Below, piece after piece: positions 40,165 to 49,471 of a stretch of DNA of 57,016 bases. A program made the position numbers and the translations under genes. Origin of the DNA: Armatimonadia bacterium (GTDB lineage Bacteria; Armatimonadota; Zipacnadia; Zipacnadales; UBA11051). Position 1 is the first letter of the stretch; each line of letters starts with the position of its first letter. The notes beneath the pieces were generated by a model. It was not told the DNA's origin. It ran no database searches and saw only the letters and a list, made by a program, of their open reading frames with translations. The stretch lies in contig JBDKRC010000039.1 in the NCBI GenBank assembly GCA_039683575.1, forward strand, positions 1-57,016. Direction: 5' to 3'.

Positions 40165-42807
40165 GTGAGCGACAGGCTTGTGCAGGCCGTGCAGAAGGGC
40201 GACATAGACGAGGTACGTCAGGCCCTCCGCGAAGGCGCTGACCCCAGGCATCGTGACGTAAGCTACTCATCCCCTCCGTTCCTACATGTTGCGATATCCG
40301 GTGGGCACACCGATGTCGCGAAGCTCCTGCTGAAACATGGCGTCTCCCCCTCGCTGCAAGACGCCACTGGCAAACCCCCGCTCACATTGGCTGCGGAGAT
40401 GGGTAACGCTGAGGCAACGCAGGCCCTGCTCGAAGCCGGCGCCAGCCCTGCGTACTGCGAGCGCTACGGGAGGTTCTCGGCTCTGCACATCGCTGCCGAG
40501 AAGGGCTATCTCGATGTGCTTCAGCTACTACTAGCGAACGGTGCCAACCCGGTATCGGAGGCGTCGTCGGGTAAGGTACTCGACGGCGCCACATGCACAC
40601 CGTTGCACATTGCCGCCTGGTATGGTCATGTCGAGATAGTCAAGCTGCTGCTGAGCATCGGCGTTGATGCCGACGTGACCGTGTCACATGACGCGTGGAC
40701 GCCGTGCCATGCCGCCAGTCAGAATGGGCAGTGGCCAGTAGTCCGGGTTCTCTGCGATGAGGGCGCTGATGCCGATGCCCCTGGCAGGGCAGGACGGCGC
40801 CCGTTACAGATAGCCGCCGCTGCGGGGCATCTGACTGCAGCAGAAGTGCTGGCGGAGAATGGCGCAGATGTGAACGGGACGGCGGAGAACGGCGATACCC
40901 CCCTGCACGCGGCGGCCAAGAGCGGGCGGGCGAAGATGTGCCAGCGCCTACTGGAGCTTGGGGCTGACCCTACCCTGAGGAACAAAGCCGGCAAGACACC
41001 GGCGCAGCGCGTGCCAGCGAAGCGATGCCCTGCTCTGGCCGAGGCGCTTACCAGGGCAGAGGGCGCTACCGCGCCACAGGAGATTCCAGAGACGGACCCC
41101 GATGCTACGCGGGCCAAGCGACGCCGTTCTCACGCGACAGCCCCGCCAGTTCCGGCGGAGCCGGACAGCGAGCAGCCATCGCCCCCCGCAACTGCCGCGC
41201 AACATGATGCCGAGTTGCTCCTGGACGCAGTCGGGGCGGGCGACTTACCCAGGCTACGACGCCTGCTGGCAGAAGGTATTGCGCCCGACTGCTGCGGCAG
41301 CGATGAACGCACGCCCCTAATCCGTGCCGCTCAGCAGAACCATGTCGAGTTGATTGGCCTCCTGCTGTCTGCAGGAGCCAGGCCGGACTACAGGTACGGT
41401 CTCCGCAGACGTAGGACAGCTCTGGACGTTGCTGCGGCGTGGGGCAATGTCGATGCAGTTATGGCCTTTATGGAGGCAGGCATTGACCCGAACGATGGCA
41501 CGTGCGGCCAACCTCTCGTCGAAGCTGCTCGCGGCGGCAACGCTGCGGTGGTCCGCCTTCTGCTAACGTACGGCGCCGCCCCTGACAAGCCCGACGCCGA
41601 GGGGCTTGTGCCGCTGCACTACGCGGCCATGCAGTACGACTGTGAGATGGCAACCGTGCTGCTGGGGAGTGGTGCCTCCGTGCAGGCGAGAACGCCGCAG
41701 TTGGCGACCCCGCTGCACGCCGCCGCGTTGCAGGACAGGTCGGCTATTGTGGAGGTTCTCGCCACATCAGGGAGCAACCTGAATGCTTGCGCCTGCGGTC
41801 TGGATGCGGGCATCCTATGGCAGTTCGAAGCAGGTGAGAGACTAGGGGCCACAATGGGCCTCCCAGAGCGTCGAGTGCCGAACTACCCTGCCTGCATGAC
41901 CCTAAACCAGGACAAATGGCAGCAGTACAGCATCGGCTTCTCACCGTTGCACTACGCTGCTGCAGGTGGCTCTGTTGACGCCATCCATCGCCTGTGCGAG
42001 TTGGGGGCCGACATCGAGGCAGGAACACGCCCTGACCAGGATGCAACGCAGCACTACACGCTGGACGAGCTTGGTGAACTCTGCGTCGGCTGCCGCTACC
42101 CCACCCATCGTGCGTGCAACAGCCTCTGGATTGACCCCGACGAGCCCTTCTGCAGTCTCTCCCAGTGTGTTGAGTACCATGACGGGCCTGTGCTGCCGAC
42201 GCCTTTACACCTTGCGGTTGCCGGAGGGCATCTTGACGCAGTGGCAGCCCTGCTGGAGCACGGCGCCGACATCGGGGCTCGAAGCCATCCATCTCGCTCG
42301 CTGAGGCCCTGGCGCGACTGCGGTTGTCCGGTCTCGTCGCCACTGCACTGGGTGGTCAAGTTCCGCCAAAACCAGATTGCTGCGTATCTCCTGGAGCAGG
42401 GCGCTCCGCCCAACGCCGTTGGCTCCGACGAGTGGGACACGTGGCCGGCCAAGCCGCTTCAGGCGGCTATCACAGTTGGCGACGTGAACATGGCGCTGCT
42501 GCTACTCCAGTACGGTGCTGACCCGAGCCGCTGGTTTGAGCGCGAGTATGTCTTCGGTGAGAATGACGACGGTGGCTTCGCGTCCTGCACCGACGACTAC
42601 GGGATACTGTCGCCTCTGCACTGGGCGGCGATTAAGGGTGAGGAGCACTTGGCCCGGATGCTGTTGGAGCACGGAGCCGATGTGAACGTCACCGCTGATG
42701 ATTGGGGACCGACGCCGCTAGACTGCGCGCTTTGGAGGAAACAGCACGAAATGGCTACGCTCCTGCGGGAGAATGGCGGGGTCACATCGGAGTACGACGG
42801 CGACTGA
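40165..42807 (+). CDS. Large ankyrin repeat protein; C-terminal half paralogous to 36043-37548
   Basis: Two ankyrin blocks joined by a Pro/Ala-rich linker; shared PNDGT.G.PL, LPTPLHLAVA.G and ARSHP...RDCG.PVSSPL motifs. Confidence 0.88.
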   Translation: MSDRLVQAVQKGDIDEVRQALREGADPRHRDVSYSSPPFLHVAISGGHTDVAKLLLKHGVSPSLQDATGKPPLTLAAEMGNAEATQALLEAGASPAYCERYGRFSALHIAAEKGYLDVLQLLLANGANPVSEASSGKVLDGATCTPLHIAAWYGHVEIVKLLLSIGVDADVTVSHDAWTPCHAASQNGQWPVVRVLCDEGADADAPGRAGRRPLQIAAAAGHLTAAEVLAENGADVNGTAENGDTPLHAAAKSGRAKMCQRLLELGADPTLRNKAGKTPAQRVPAKRCPALAEALTRAEGATAPQEIPETDPDATRAKRRRSHATAPPVPAEPDSEQPSPPATAAQHDAELLLDAVGAGDLPRLRRLLAEGIAPDCCGSDERTPLIRAAQQNHVELIGLLLSAGARPDYRYGLRRRRTALDVAAAWGNVDAVMAFMEAGIDPNDGTCGQPLVEAARGGNAAVVRLLLTYGAAPDKPDAEGLVPLHYAAMQYDCEMATVLLGSGASVQARTPQLATPLHAAALQDRSAIVEVLATSGSNLNACACGLDAGILWQFEAGERLGATMGLPERRVPNYPACMTLNQDKWQQYSIGFSPLHYAAAGGSVDAIHRLCELGADIEAGTRPDQDATQHYTLDELGELCVGCRYPTHRACNSLWIDPDEPFCSLSQCVEYHDGPVLPTPLHLAVAGGHLDAVAALLEHGADIGARSHPSRSLRPWRDCGCPVSSPLHWVVKFRQNQIAAYLLEQGAPPNAVGSDEWDTWPAKPLQAAITVGDVNMALLLLQYGADPSRWFEREYVFGENDDGGFASCTDDYGILSPLHWAAIKGEEHLARMLLEHGADVNVTADDWGPTPLDCALWRKQHEMATLLRENGGVTSEYDGD

Positions 42808-43089
42808 GACGCTGCGCCCACAGCGCTTTCAGCGCCACTGTGGCGAACATAAACAGATAACAGAAAGAGACGTGCCGGGCTCGTGCGGCGCTGCATTGCG
42901 GCGCCGCTTCCGCTTTCGGAGAAACAATTACAAAGAAAACAAAAGACTACTTGACTCAAACAAACTAGAATGCTATCTAGATAACCAGGAAAGGGTCGTG
43001 CCAACAAGGGCAAGCAGGAGGAGTGAAGACATGGGTAGAATGACCCACCATGCGACCATGGGTCGCTCGCCACCATGAGGTGAACGAGC

Positions 43090-43290
43090 ATGAAGGAAGA
43101 CAGTATCGCACCAGAAGTACTGATGACGCCCCAGGAAGTGGCCGACATCCTCAGGTTGAACGTCCAGACGGTCTACGCGATGCTGCGAGACGGACGGATG
43201 CCGCACCATCTACTGGGACGCAACTACCGAGTGAGCCGGGCTCAGTTGGCCGAATACCTCAAGAGTACGGCCAAAGGGTCAAAGAAGTAG
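43090..43290 (+). CDS. Excisionase-like HTH_17 DNA-binding protein
   Basis: LMTPQEVADILRLNVQTVYAMLRDGRMP...YRVSR. Confidence 0.85.
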   Translation: MKEDSIAPEVLMTPQEVADILRLNVQTVYAMLRDGRMPHHLLGRNYRVSRAQLAEYLKSTAKGSKK

Positions 43291-43327
43291 GCCAGCGCCC
43301 GGCGGCGGAGAGGAAGGAGCAAGCCAG

Positions 43328-43627
43328 ATGCACATGACAGTACGAATTGAGGAGCCGGTACACTGCGGCTTCTGCAGGCACCGGATGAGCGCCAGCGATA
43401 TCGTCTCAGTGCTGTGCGACTATGATGAGCCGGCGGTCGTATGCCGGTTCCGTTGTCCGGGATGTGGCTCCGTCTTTACACAGGAGCCCTGCCACCGAGA
43501 CGAGGACCCGACAGATGCTCAGCCCGTGCCGGAAGTGAACGAGGAGGAGGGCCGTTTCAGGACGTTAATATCGAAACTCCGGGCGGACCCCAAGCGGCCT
43601 CCACCATCGCACGAGGAAGGGAAGTAG
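43328..43627 (+). CDS. Small zinc-ribbon protein
   Basis: CGFC...CPGC; AGGAG RBS; followed by a terminator hairpin. Confidence 0.6.
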   Translation: MHMTVRIEEPVHCGFCRHRMSASDIVSVLCDYDEPAVVCRFRCPGCGSVFTQEPCHRDEDPTDAQPVPEVNEEEGRFRTLISKLRADPKRPPPSHEEGK

Positions 43628-43665
43628 AATGACCAAGGGAGCCAATCCCCGAAAGCCACATCCAT

Positions 43666-43693
43666 AGCAGCCCCGGCGGTCGCCGGGGCTGCT
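43666..43693 (+). terminator. GC-rich hairpin, probable terminator
   Basis: AGCAGCCCCGGCG-GT-CGCCGGGGCTGCT. Confidence 0.7.
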
Positions 43694-44699
43694 CCGTTTC
43701 AGGCCAACTGCGCAATCATTGCTCAATCGGCTTCAATGGAGCCAATCATGTGTCTCAATCGGATTGCGGGCATTGCAGCAATGGTCGCATTTTCCCCGAA
43801 GGCGCATTCTCCCGTGCCGTCTGGGGGTCATTTTCCAACTAGCTGGCAATCATCCCCCTATCTCGCCCAGACTGGCATTCTCCGGGACCACGTAACTAGC
43901 CGGGCACGCGTGGCAATGGTCAATTGAGGTGGCTGAATCCTCAATCGCCGGACAATCGGGAGCAATCGCGGAGCAATTGTCGGGCCAATTGCTGCAATCG
44001 AGGTGGTCCAGTTGATGCAATGAGCGGAGCAGGCTTGGCGGGCGGTGAGTATCCCCCTACAGGGGAAGTTTGAGCGACTTGAATACCGAAAAGTGAGGGG
44101 GGCCGGTTAGGCATCCCCATACAATACCGAAAACCGCACTTAGCGGTACTTAGCCACCCTACTCTTAGCCGGCATGTTTGTTGTCGGGCCTGTTTGACTG
44201 CCAAAGCGCAATGGCATAGACTCTTCACAACTGGACCCGAATTCCCCACGCGGAAGTGCACTACTGTGACTCCCCGGCAGACCGCCCAGGCCAGACGGGC
44301 AGGAGTTCGCGAACTCATGGACGACTTGCTGACTGGGCATTGCAGAAGCGGCAATCAGGGAAGCTTCTCGACTGGCAGGGGAGAGCGGAGCACGCGGTCC
44401 GGAACCTCAGCCCAACGTGATAGGCGAAAGTCTACGAGTTGATGTAGAGCCAGGATGCCGAGGAGCAGCAAAAGCAGCAGTTCCGCGCGATGGGCCGAAA
44501 AGTGAACGACAGGCCCCCGAGAAGGATGTCAGCCGCCTGGCCGCATTAGACGCCCTGCCGCCGGCGGAGCAGGCGCGGTTGGAGAAAGAGGTTCGGGCAA
44601 GCCTGAAGGTTCGCGAATCTCAGAGGATATGCTGAGCCGGCCAATCCCCGGAATCATTGCATCGAGATTGGCTTCATCCTAAAGACAGGGGGAGTTGCC

Positions 44700-45113
44700 A
44701 TGGAGAGCCTCATCTACTGCCTTGTAGGAATAGCGTTCGGAGCATTGGCGAGTTGGTATTTCACGCGAAGCTACTACCTGCGAGCAAAGGCAGACGCGGA
44801 CGCTGCAAGTGCAGAAGGCTTGACCCAGGCGCGGCATATCCAGAATGCGCTGGAAACTCTGGGGGCAAAGTTCGTGTGGGACAGTGACGGCAAAGTCATC
44901 GCCGTTAGCGCCACGAAGGGTCTTCCGACAAGCCTCACGGTTGTAGGCGGCACTCCTCCTCCGCCTAACCCCATCAAAGAGCTACAGACAAGCGTTGAGC
45001 AACTGACTGAGACTCTCCAGGCTATGCAATCGAAGCCCAAGCCGTGGTGGGAGAGGCTAATGCACTGGCGTCGGCCAACGAAGCAGAGCTCGCTCGCTGT
45101 GAAGGGGGAATAG
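44700..45113 (+). CDS. Small membrane-anchored hypothetical protein
   Basis: GGGGAG RBS, N-terminal TM helix, coiled coil ending in KPWWERL. Confidence 0.6.
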   Translation: MESLIYCLVGIAFGALASWYFTRSYYLRAKADADAASAEGLTQARHIQNALETLGAKFVWDSDGKVIAVSATKGLPTSLTVVGGTPPPPNPIKELQTSVEQLTETLQAMQSKPKPWWERLMHWRRPTKQSSLAVKGE

Positions 45114-45115
45114 TC

Positions 45116-45565
45116 GTGATAGGCAACGTACGAACGTCAACGTTCTTTCTCATTTTCGGTTCGATATATGGCGTCGTGGTCGCGGTGGTGTTGCTCGGAA
45201 TGTGGTATAACCAAGGCCCAGGCTTCCCCTCGGAGCGGGCCCTGTATCATCGGGCCAAAGACTGGTGCGACAGTCGAGACAGGTGTCAGCAAGTGGGACA
45301 GGACGGCACCCGATACGATTCCCCCTGGGTAGTCAGTCCCGACAGCGCTGAGATTGTGAAAACGGACTCCATGGTCTACCCCTATCGGGGAAGCGTGGAA
45401 GTCGTGCGGACGTGGAGGACTAGGCCACCACAGGGAGAGGGGAAGTGGGGCATATCCATGTCTCAACCCTTGTTCTTTCGTTTCCACGGAGGGAGGAGTT
45501 GGGGGTATTGGCAGGTGGACGAGTCAGCCAACGGGGAGGCCTCACTTGAGCAGTTGCGGCGCTGA
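45116..45565 (+). CDS. Membrane-anchored exported protein, paralogue of 48536-48928
   Basis: N-terminal TM; KTDSMVYPYRGSVEV and FRFHGG motifs shared with the paralogue. Confidence 0.6.
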   Translation: MIGNVRTSTFFLIFGSIYGVVVAVVLLGMWYNQGPGFPSERALYHRAKDWCDSRDRCQQVGQDGTRYDSPWVVSPDSAEIVKTDSMVYPYRGSVEVVRTWRTRPPQGEGKWGISMSQPLFFRFHGGRSWGYWQVDESANGEASLEQLRR

Positions 45566-45961
45566 CCTGGCAATCGGTCGCCGGCGAAGCGCCGAATCTT
45601 ATGTGCTCGTCAGCCACTAGTCTCCGCGACGGTGACTCCAACCCGCACCACGAGACTCCCCAGGGGCTTCCTCGACACCCGCCGAAAACTGCACCGATTC
45701 CGCCAATCGAGGAACCGTTAGAACCGTGTGCCTGGCGCTGACCTTACTTCCCCCAAACCTCCGCCGTCCGGCGCCTATTCGTCACCTGATAGTGTGAATA
45801 GATAGCCCACCCAGTGAACTAGGCAGGCCCCAGAACGCCTCTGCTATGCCCGATTCTCCCGCACCGCCTGGGCACCGCGCTCCCCCTCAATCTACTATTG
45901 CATCCAGTCCTTCAGTCCAATCGGTCAGTGCATTCGTTCCTGGCCTCGTTCTATCTAAGGA

Positions 45962-45997
45962 AGCGAGAGAGGGACCCCAAGAGGTCCCTCTCTCGCT
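45962..45997. terminator. Perfect 15-bp stem hairpin, probable terminator of the minus-strand unit
   Basis: AGCGAGAGAGGGACC-CCAAGA-GGTCCCTCTCTCGCT. Confidence 0.7.
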
Positions 45998-46019
45998 GTA
46001 CGTCTCTACAGGGCACGTT

Positions 46020-46190
46020 TCACTTGCTGCCGTCGCTGTGCTTCGACAAAAGCTCAGCGGTGTTCGCCCGCTGTTCGTCGTTCAGCTTGTCACACAGCGG
46101 CAGAAGCATCGTAACCAAGCTCCTTAGGCTCTTTCTGCTCGCCTCAGGAAGGCTTCTCAGGTCAATCGTCATCTGCTCGTTGTGGTTCAT
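46020..46190 (-). CDS. Small hypothetical protein (56 aa, below the ORF track cutoff)
   Basis: [56 protein letters not shown], ending just before the hairpin. Confidence 0.4.
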   Translation of the reverse strand: MNHNEQMTIDLRSLPEASRKSLRSLVTMLLPLCDKLNDEQRANTAELLSKHSDGSK

Positions 46191-46253
46191 AGTACCTGCT
46201 CTCTAGGTGATAGTTGTGCAAGCCCTCGGCAACAGCCAGCCTCGGGTGCTTCG

Positions 46254-47117
46254 TTACGCTGCCGCAATCCTGCGGCAATAGCCAGTCTTGGGTTTTGTTT
46301 CTCTGTTCATCGGTATTGGTTCGCCCGTGACGTTGTAGGTGCCCAGGTCCACCCAGGCATTGTCCATCGCCCGGAATGTACGCGCCAACCTCCTGGCGGT
46401 TGAAGAGGCGAACACGGGCACACTTGCGCAGAGCCGAGTTCGGCTTCTTGGGCTTTCCCTCATTGCTTCCACCCTTGCACACCAGCGGATGAGTCTCTGT
46501 CCATCCATGGGAAGGAGGCTATCGGCGTTCTCGATGTTAGCATTCCTCACGTGTGAGAGGGTAAGCAGGCTAAGCCTTTGGGCATACCACCCGAATGCGC
46601 GAGTGTGCACGATGAGAGTCTTGATGTACCGTTTGCTCCACCCTTGCGGACCAAGTGGGTGATTGTTGGCACCAACCGATACTTCTTGACGCTCTGGAAC
46701 CTTCGCCAAGCACCTCGCCAGCAAACGCCAAGTGCCCATTTCGCAGACATAGCGACTGTCGCCAATCATGGAGCTCCGCCTCTCTCTACGCTGACCTGAG
46801 TCTATGCTGAAGCAGTGACTCTTCCGTCTTACGTGGTCACTCCGGTCATTGTGGCTCAGAGGAGATAGCGCCGTCCTAACGGCAATGGCATTTCGAAGCT
46901 GCGCTATCACTGAATGACCTGTGCCTCCCAAACCAATGACTAGGATGGGGTGTGGCGAGACGGTTCTGACGGTCTGTCGAGTCTGCACCTGTGGCTTCTC
47001 AACCCCATCAGCGAGAGTATCTCTCATTGGTCTTAGGTAAATCACCGGCAAGTGTAGCCGCGACTCACTATCTATCGCTACCAATAGGTTCGGGTGTGGG
47101 CATGCCACCTTGAGCAT
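46254..47117 (-). CDS. Hypothetical mosaic ORF (tubulin-like GLGGTG segment; overlaps an out-of-frame S12 fragment)
   Basis: Strong RBS GGAGAGGAGGAG before ATG 47117; [19 protein letters not shown] motif. Confidence 0.45.
   Translation of the reverse strand: MLKVACPHPNLLVAIDSESRLHLPVIYLRPMRDTLADGVEKPQVQTRQTVRTVSPHPILVIGLGGTGHSVIAQLRNAIAVRTALSPLSHNDRSDHVRRKSHCFSIDSGQRRERRSSMIGDSRYVCEMGTWRLLARCLAKVPERQEVSVGANNHPLGPQGWSKRYIKTLIVHTRAFGWYAQRLSLLTLSHVRNANIENADSLLPMDGQRLIRWCARVEAMRESPRSRTRLCASVPVFASSTARRLARTFRAMDNAWVDLGTYNVTGEPIPMNRETKPKTGYCRRIAAA
46363..46455 (-). pseudogene. rpsL: Internal fragment of a ribosomal protein S12 gene (31 codons)
   Basis: [31 protein letters not shown] matches the S12 core [24 protein letters not shown]; the flanks are unrelated. 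Confidence 0.8.
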
Positions 47118-47184
47118 AGGTTTCTCCTCCTCTCCACTCTGACCGTTAGGCCATGCAATCTGACAAGGAGTGGTATGGTCGATG

Positions 47185-47212
47185 CCTGGGGAGGCATACC
47201 CGCCTCCCCAGG
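47185..47212. terminator. 11-bp stem hairpin between the HTH gene and the mosaic ORF
   Basis: CCTGGGGAGGC-ATACCC-GCCTCCCCAGG. Confidence 0.55.
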
Positions 47213-47229
47213 ACATCTGGCCTACTCGC

Positions 47230-47457
47230 TTACGCCACGTACGCCTGCAGTTCATCGCGAAGGAACTTCTTGATACGCTTCAACCGCTTCGCAACCCAAG
47301 ACTGGCTATTGCCGAGGGCTTGCGCAACCACCGCTTGTGAGTAACCTTCACTCTCCACGAGGACAAAAATGACAATGTCCTCCGACTCAATCTTGCCTTC
47401 GCGAATCCCGCAGAGCATGGCGATGATGAGGTCGATAATGAAATCGACGTTTCTCAT
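47230..47457 (-). CDS. Small sigma-70 region 4-like HTH protein
   Basis: EGYSQAVVAQALGNSQSWVAKRLKRIKKFL; AAGGAG RBS. Confidence 0.65.
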   Translation of the reverse strand: MRNVDFIIDLIIAMLCGIREGKIESEDIVIFVLVESEGYSQAVVAQALGNSQSWVAKRLKRIKKFLRDELQAYVA

Positions 47458-47670
47458 CGGTAGCTCCTTGCAGATTGTCAAAGTTCGCCGGGAGCAATCT
47501 CCCGTTATGTCAGCAGACTGTGCTTCCCCCCCCTCGATGCCTGGAAGCTACCCTCCTCGTAGGCGTAGATTTGAGCTGGGAGCCCAGCTTGGTTCATCTT
47601 CATCCTACCACTTCTCCGCGACTATTATTCCACCTTAGCAACTAATTCTTACAGACGCCATAAGTCCATT

Positions 47671-47710
47671 GTTTTACGCTATTGACCGTATACGTAAAAC
47701 GTGATACGCT
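47671..47710 (+). promoter_or_regulatory. Resolvase promoter overlapped by an inverted repeat (candidate res/operator subsite)
   Basis: TTGACC (47682-87), 17 bp, TACGCT (47705-10); IR GTTTTACG (47671-78) / CGTAAAAC (47693-700). Confidence 0.55.
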
Positions 47711-47743
47711 TCGGGCGTTCACGAACTACAGGAGAACACTCAT

Positions 47744-48484
47744 ATGGCAAGGCCCAGAGGCACCCGAAAGGAGCGAGAGCGGCAGGCACGGCTACTGAAC
47801 GGCGAAAGCCGCTTCATTGGCTACATCCGGGTTTCGACAGCGGAGCAAGGCACCAGCGGACATTCGCTATTGGGTCAGGTGTCACGGCTCCAGGAAGCCG
47901 CCGGACGTGAGGGCTTGGAGCTGATAGACGTTGTGCGCGACGTGGAAAGCGGAGCGAAGCAGCGCGACGGTCTGGAGGAGGTCTGGCAGCGCGTGCTCGC
48001 CGGCGAGGCGGAGGGTATCCTGTTCCCCAAGCTGGACCGCCTGGGGCGCTCACAGCTTCACCTGGCGTCCCTGGTGGAGGAAGCCCGCGACCGGGGCATT
48101 AGCCTGCTGAGCAGTGATGAGGGTTGGCAGGTCTTTCGCGGGGAGCTTCGCAACGAGACCCTGCCTTTCCTGATTGCCCTGGCCCAGGTGGAGCGGGAGC
48201 GTATCAGCCGGCGGACCAAAGAGGGACTTGCGGCGGCGCGGTCGAAAGGAGTTAGCCTGGGGCGGCCCCCGTTGAATGTGGACCTGCAGGAGCGAGCCAC
48301 AAACCTTCGCCGGCGGGGTGATTCTCTGCAGGCTATCGTCGATGTTTTCAACGCAGAGGGCCATCGGACAGCAACCGGGGCAGAGTTCAAGCCCACGACC
48401 GTCTGGCGGATGGTGAACCGAATTGACCCCACGGCTAACCCCGAAGGGGGGCACCGGGGAAAAGACCTGGCCGCCGTCGTGTAG
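47744..48484 (+). CDS. Serine recombinase (resolvase/invertase family)
   Basis: GYIRVSTAEQ (catalytic Ser), KLDRLGRS, ERERISRRTKEGLAAAR...GRPP. Confidence 0.92.
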   Translation: MARPRGTRKERERQARLLNGESRFIGYIRVSTAEQGTSGHSLLGQVSRLQEAAGREGLELIDVVRDVESGAKQRDGLEEVWQRVLAGEAEGILFPKLDRLGRSQLHLASLVEEARDRGISLLSSDEGWQVFRGELRNETLPFLIALAQVERERISRRTKEGLAAARSKGVSLGRPPLNVDLQERATNLRRRGDSLQAIVDVFNAEGHRTATGAEFKPTTVWRMVNRIDPTANPEGGHRGKDLAAVV

Positions 48485-48535
48485 CAGGGCGCAGTAAGCA
48501 CGACGCGGCGGAAATTGATAGGGGGTAAAGTCAGG

Positions 48536-48928
48536 ATGAAATCGGCTCGCGGTGTCGCAATCACCATCCTGTGCATTCAGCTCCTACTGATTGTTGCTGC
48601 CGGGTGTGGTGAGCAGGCTACAGAATCATCGCTATTCCGAGCTGCCGAGAAGTATTGCCGCGACAAGAATGAGCAGGCCAAGCCGACGCTTTCATCGAGT
48701 GGGACGAAACTGCAGTCTTTCTGGCAGGTGCTCTATGACAAAGAGCGTGACGTGAGAAAGACCGACTCGGTTGTGTATCCCTATGAGGGCGCTGTCCAGG
48801 TGCTGGAAATCTGCCGGGAGTGGGACACCAAGTCTCAGACCTGGGTGGAAGCCTATCGCTTTGCCGAGACCATTCTCACATTCAGGTTCCACGAGGGACA
48901 TTGGGAGTTGTACTCAGAAGGCCATTAG
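48536..48928 (+). CDS. Putative lipoprotein, paralogue of 45116-45565
   Basis: Lipobox-like IVAAGC; KTDSVVYPYEGAVQV and FRFHEG. Confidence 0.65.
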   Translation: MKSARGVAITILCIQLLLIVAAGCGEQATESSLFRAAEKYCRDKNEQAKPTLSSSGTKLQSFWQVLYDKERDVRKTDSVVYPYEGAVQVLEICREWDTKSQTWVEAYRFAETILTFRFHEGHWELYSEGH

Positions 48929-49095
48929 TGGTCTCAGACAGACGTGCCTACGACTTCAGGGGGCACGCCTACCGGCATAGCAGCAAACGTCATAGAGGCG
49001 AGTTGCCGCCCGCCGCGGCCCTTCCAAAGCTACGGACCTTAGGCGCTGGAACGCGCTGCGCTGGTTTCGCAAAGGGTCACGGCTGTTTTGAGCCG

Positions 49096-49344
49096 GGCGA
49101 GGCCCTGGATGCCCGCTACGTGCGACAGTTGGTCAAGCGGTTGGCTGACAAAGCCGGCATTGAGCGCCGCGTCCATCCGCACATGTTGCGCCACACAGCG
49201 TTGACGGCTCTCCATGACAAGACGCACGACTTGCGCCTGGTCCAGCACGTGGCAGGCCACACGACCTCGCGGATGACCGAGCGGTACACGCACGTTCACC
49301 CGATTGCCGTCGCGGAGGCGATGGGGGCCATAGACAGCCAGTGA
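49096..49344 (+). pseudogene. C-terminal fragment of a second tyrosine recombinase
   Basis: VHPHMLRH...VAGH...TERYTHV are present, but the first catalytic Arg region and the N-terminus are absent. Confidence 0.75.
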
Positions 49345-49471
49345 TGTGCCTACTGCAAGCCCGACTGGTTCATGGTGCCCTAGTGGAGGGCGCCCGGCAC
49401 CATGTCCCGGATGGGCCCGCTGCGCCAACGACCACAACTGCTGTCGATGGCCCTGCGCGGACCTGCTGCGG

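Noticed and set aside
42951-42979. Sigma-70 promoter for the Xis-like operon (TTGACT-17-TATCTA)
   Set aside because: The A-rich context and -35 are plausible, but the -10 matches only 3/6, too weak to call.
46162-46482. Functional rpsL gene
   Set aside because: Only 31 codons match; there is no S12 N- or C-terminus and no rpsG/fusA context.
48820-49344. Intact 174-aa recombinase
   Set aside because: The N-terminal part overlaps the lipoprotein gene out of frame and lacks recombinase motifs; treated as a fragment.
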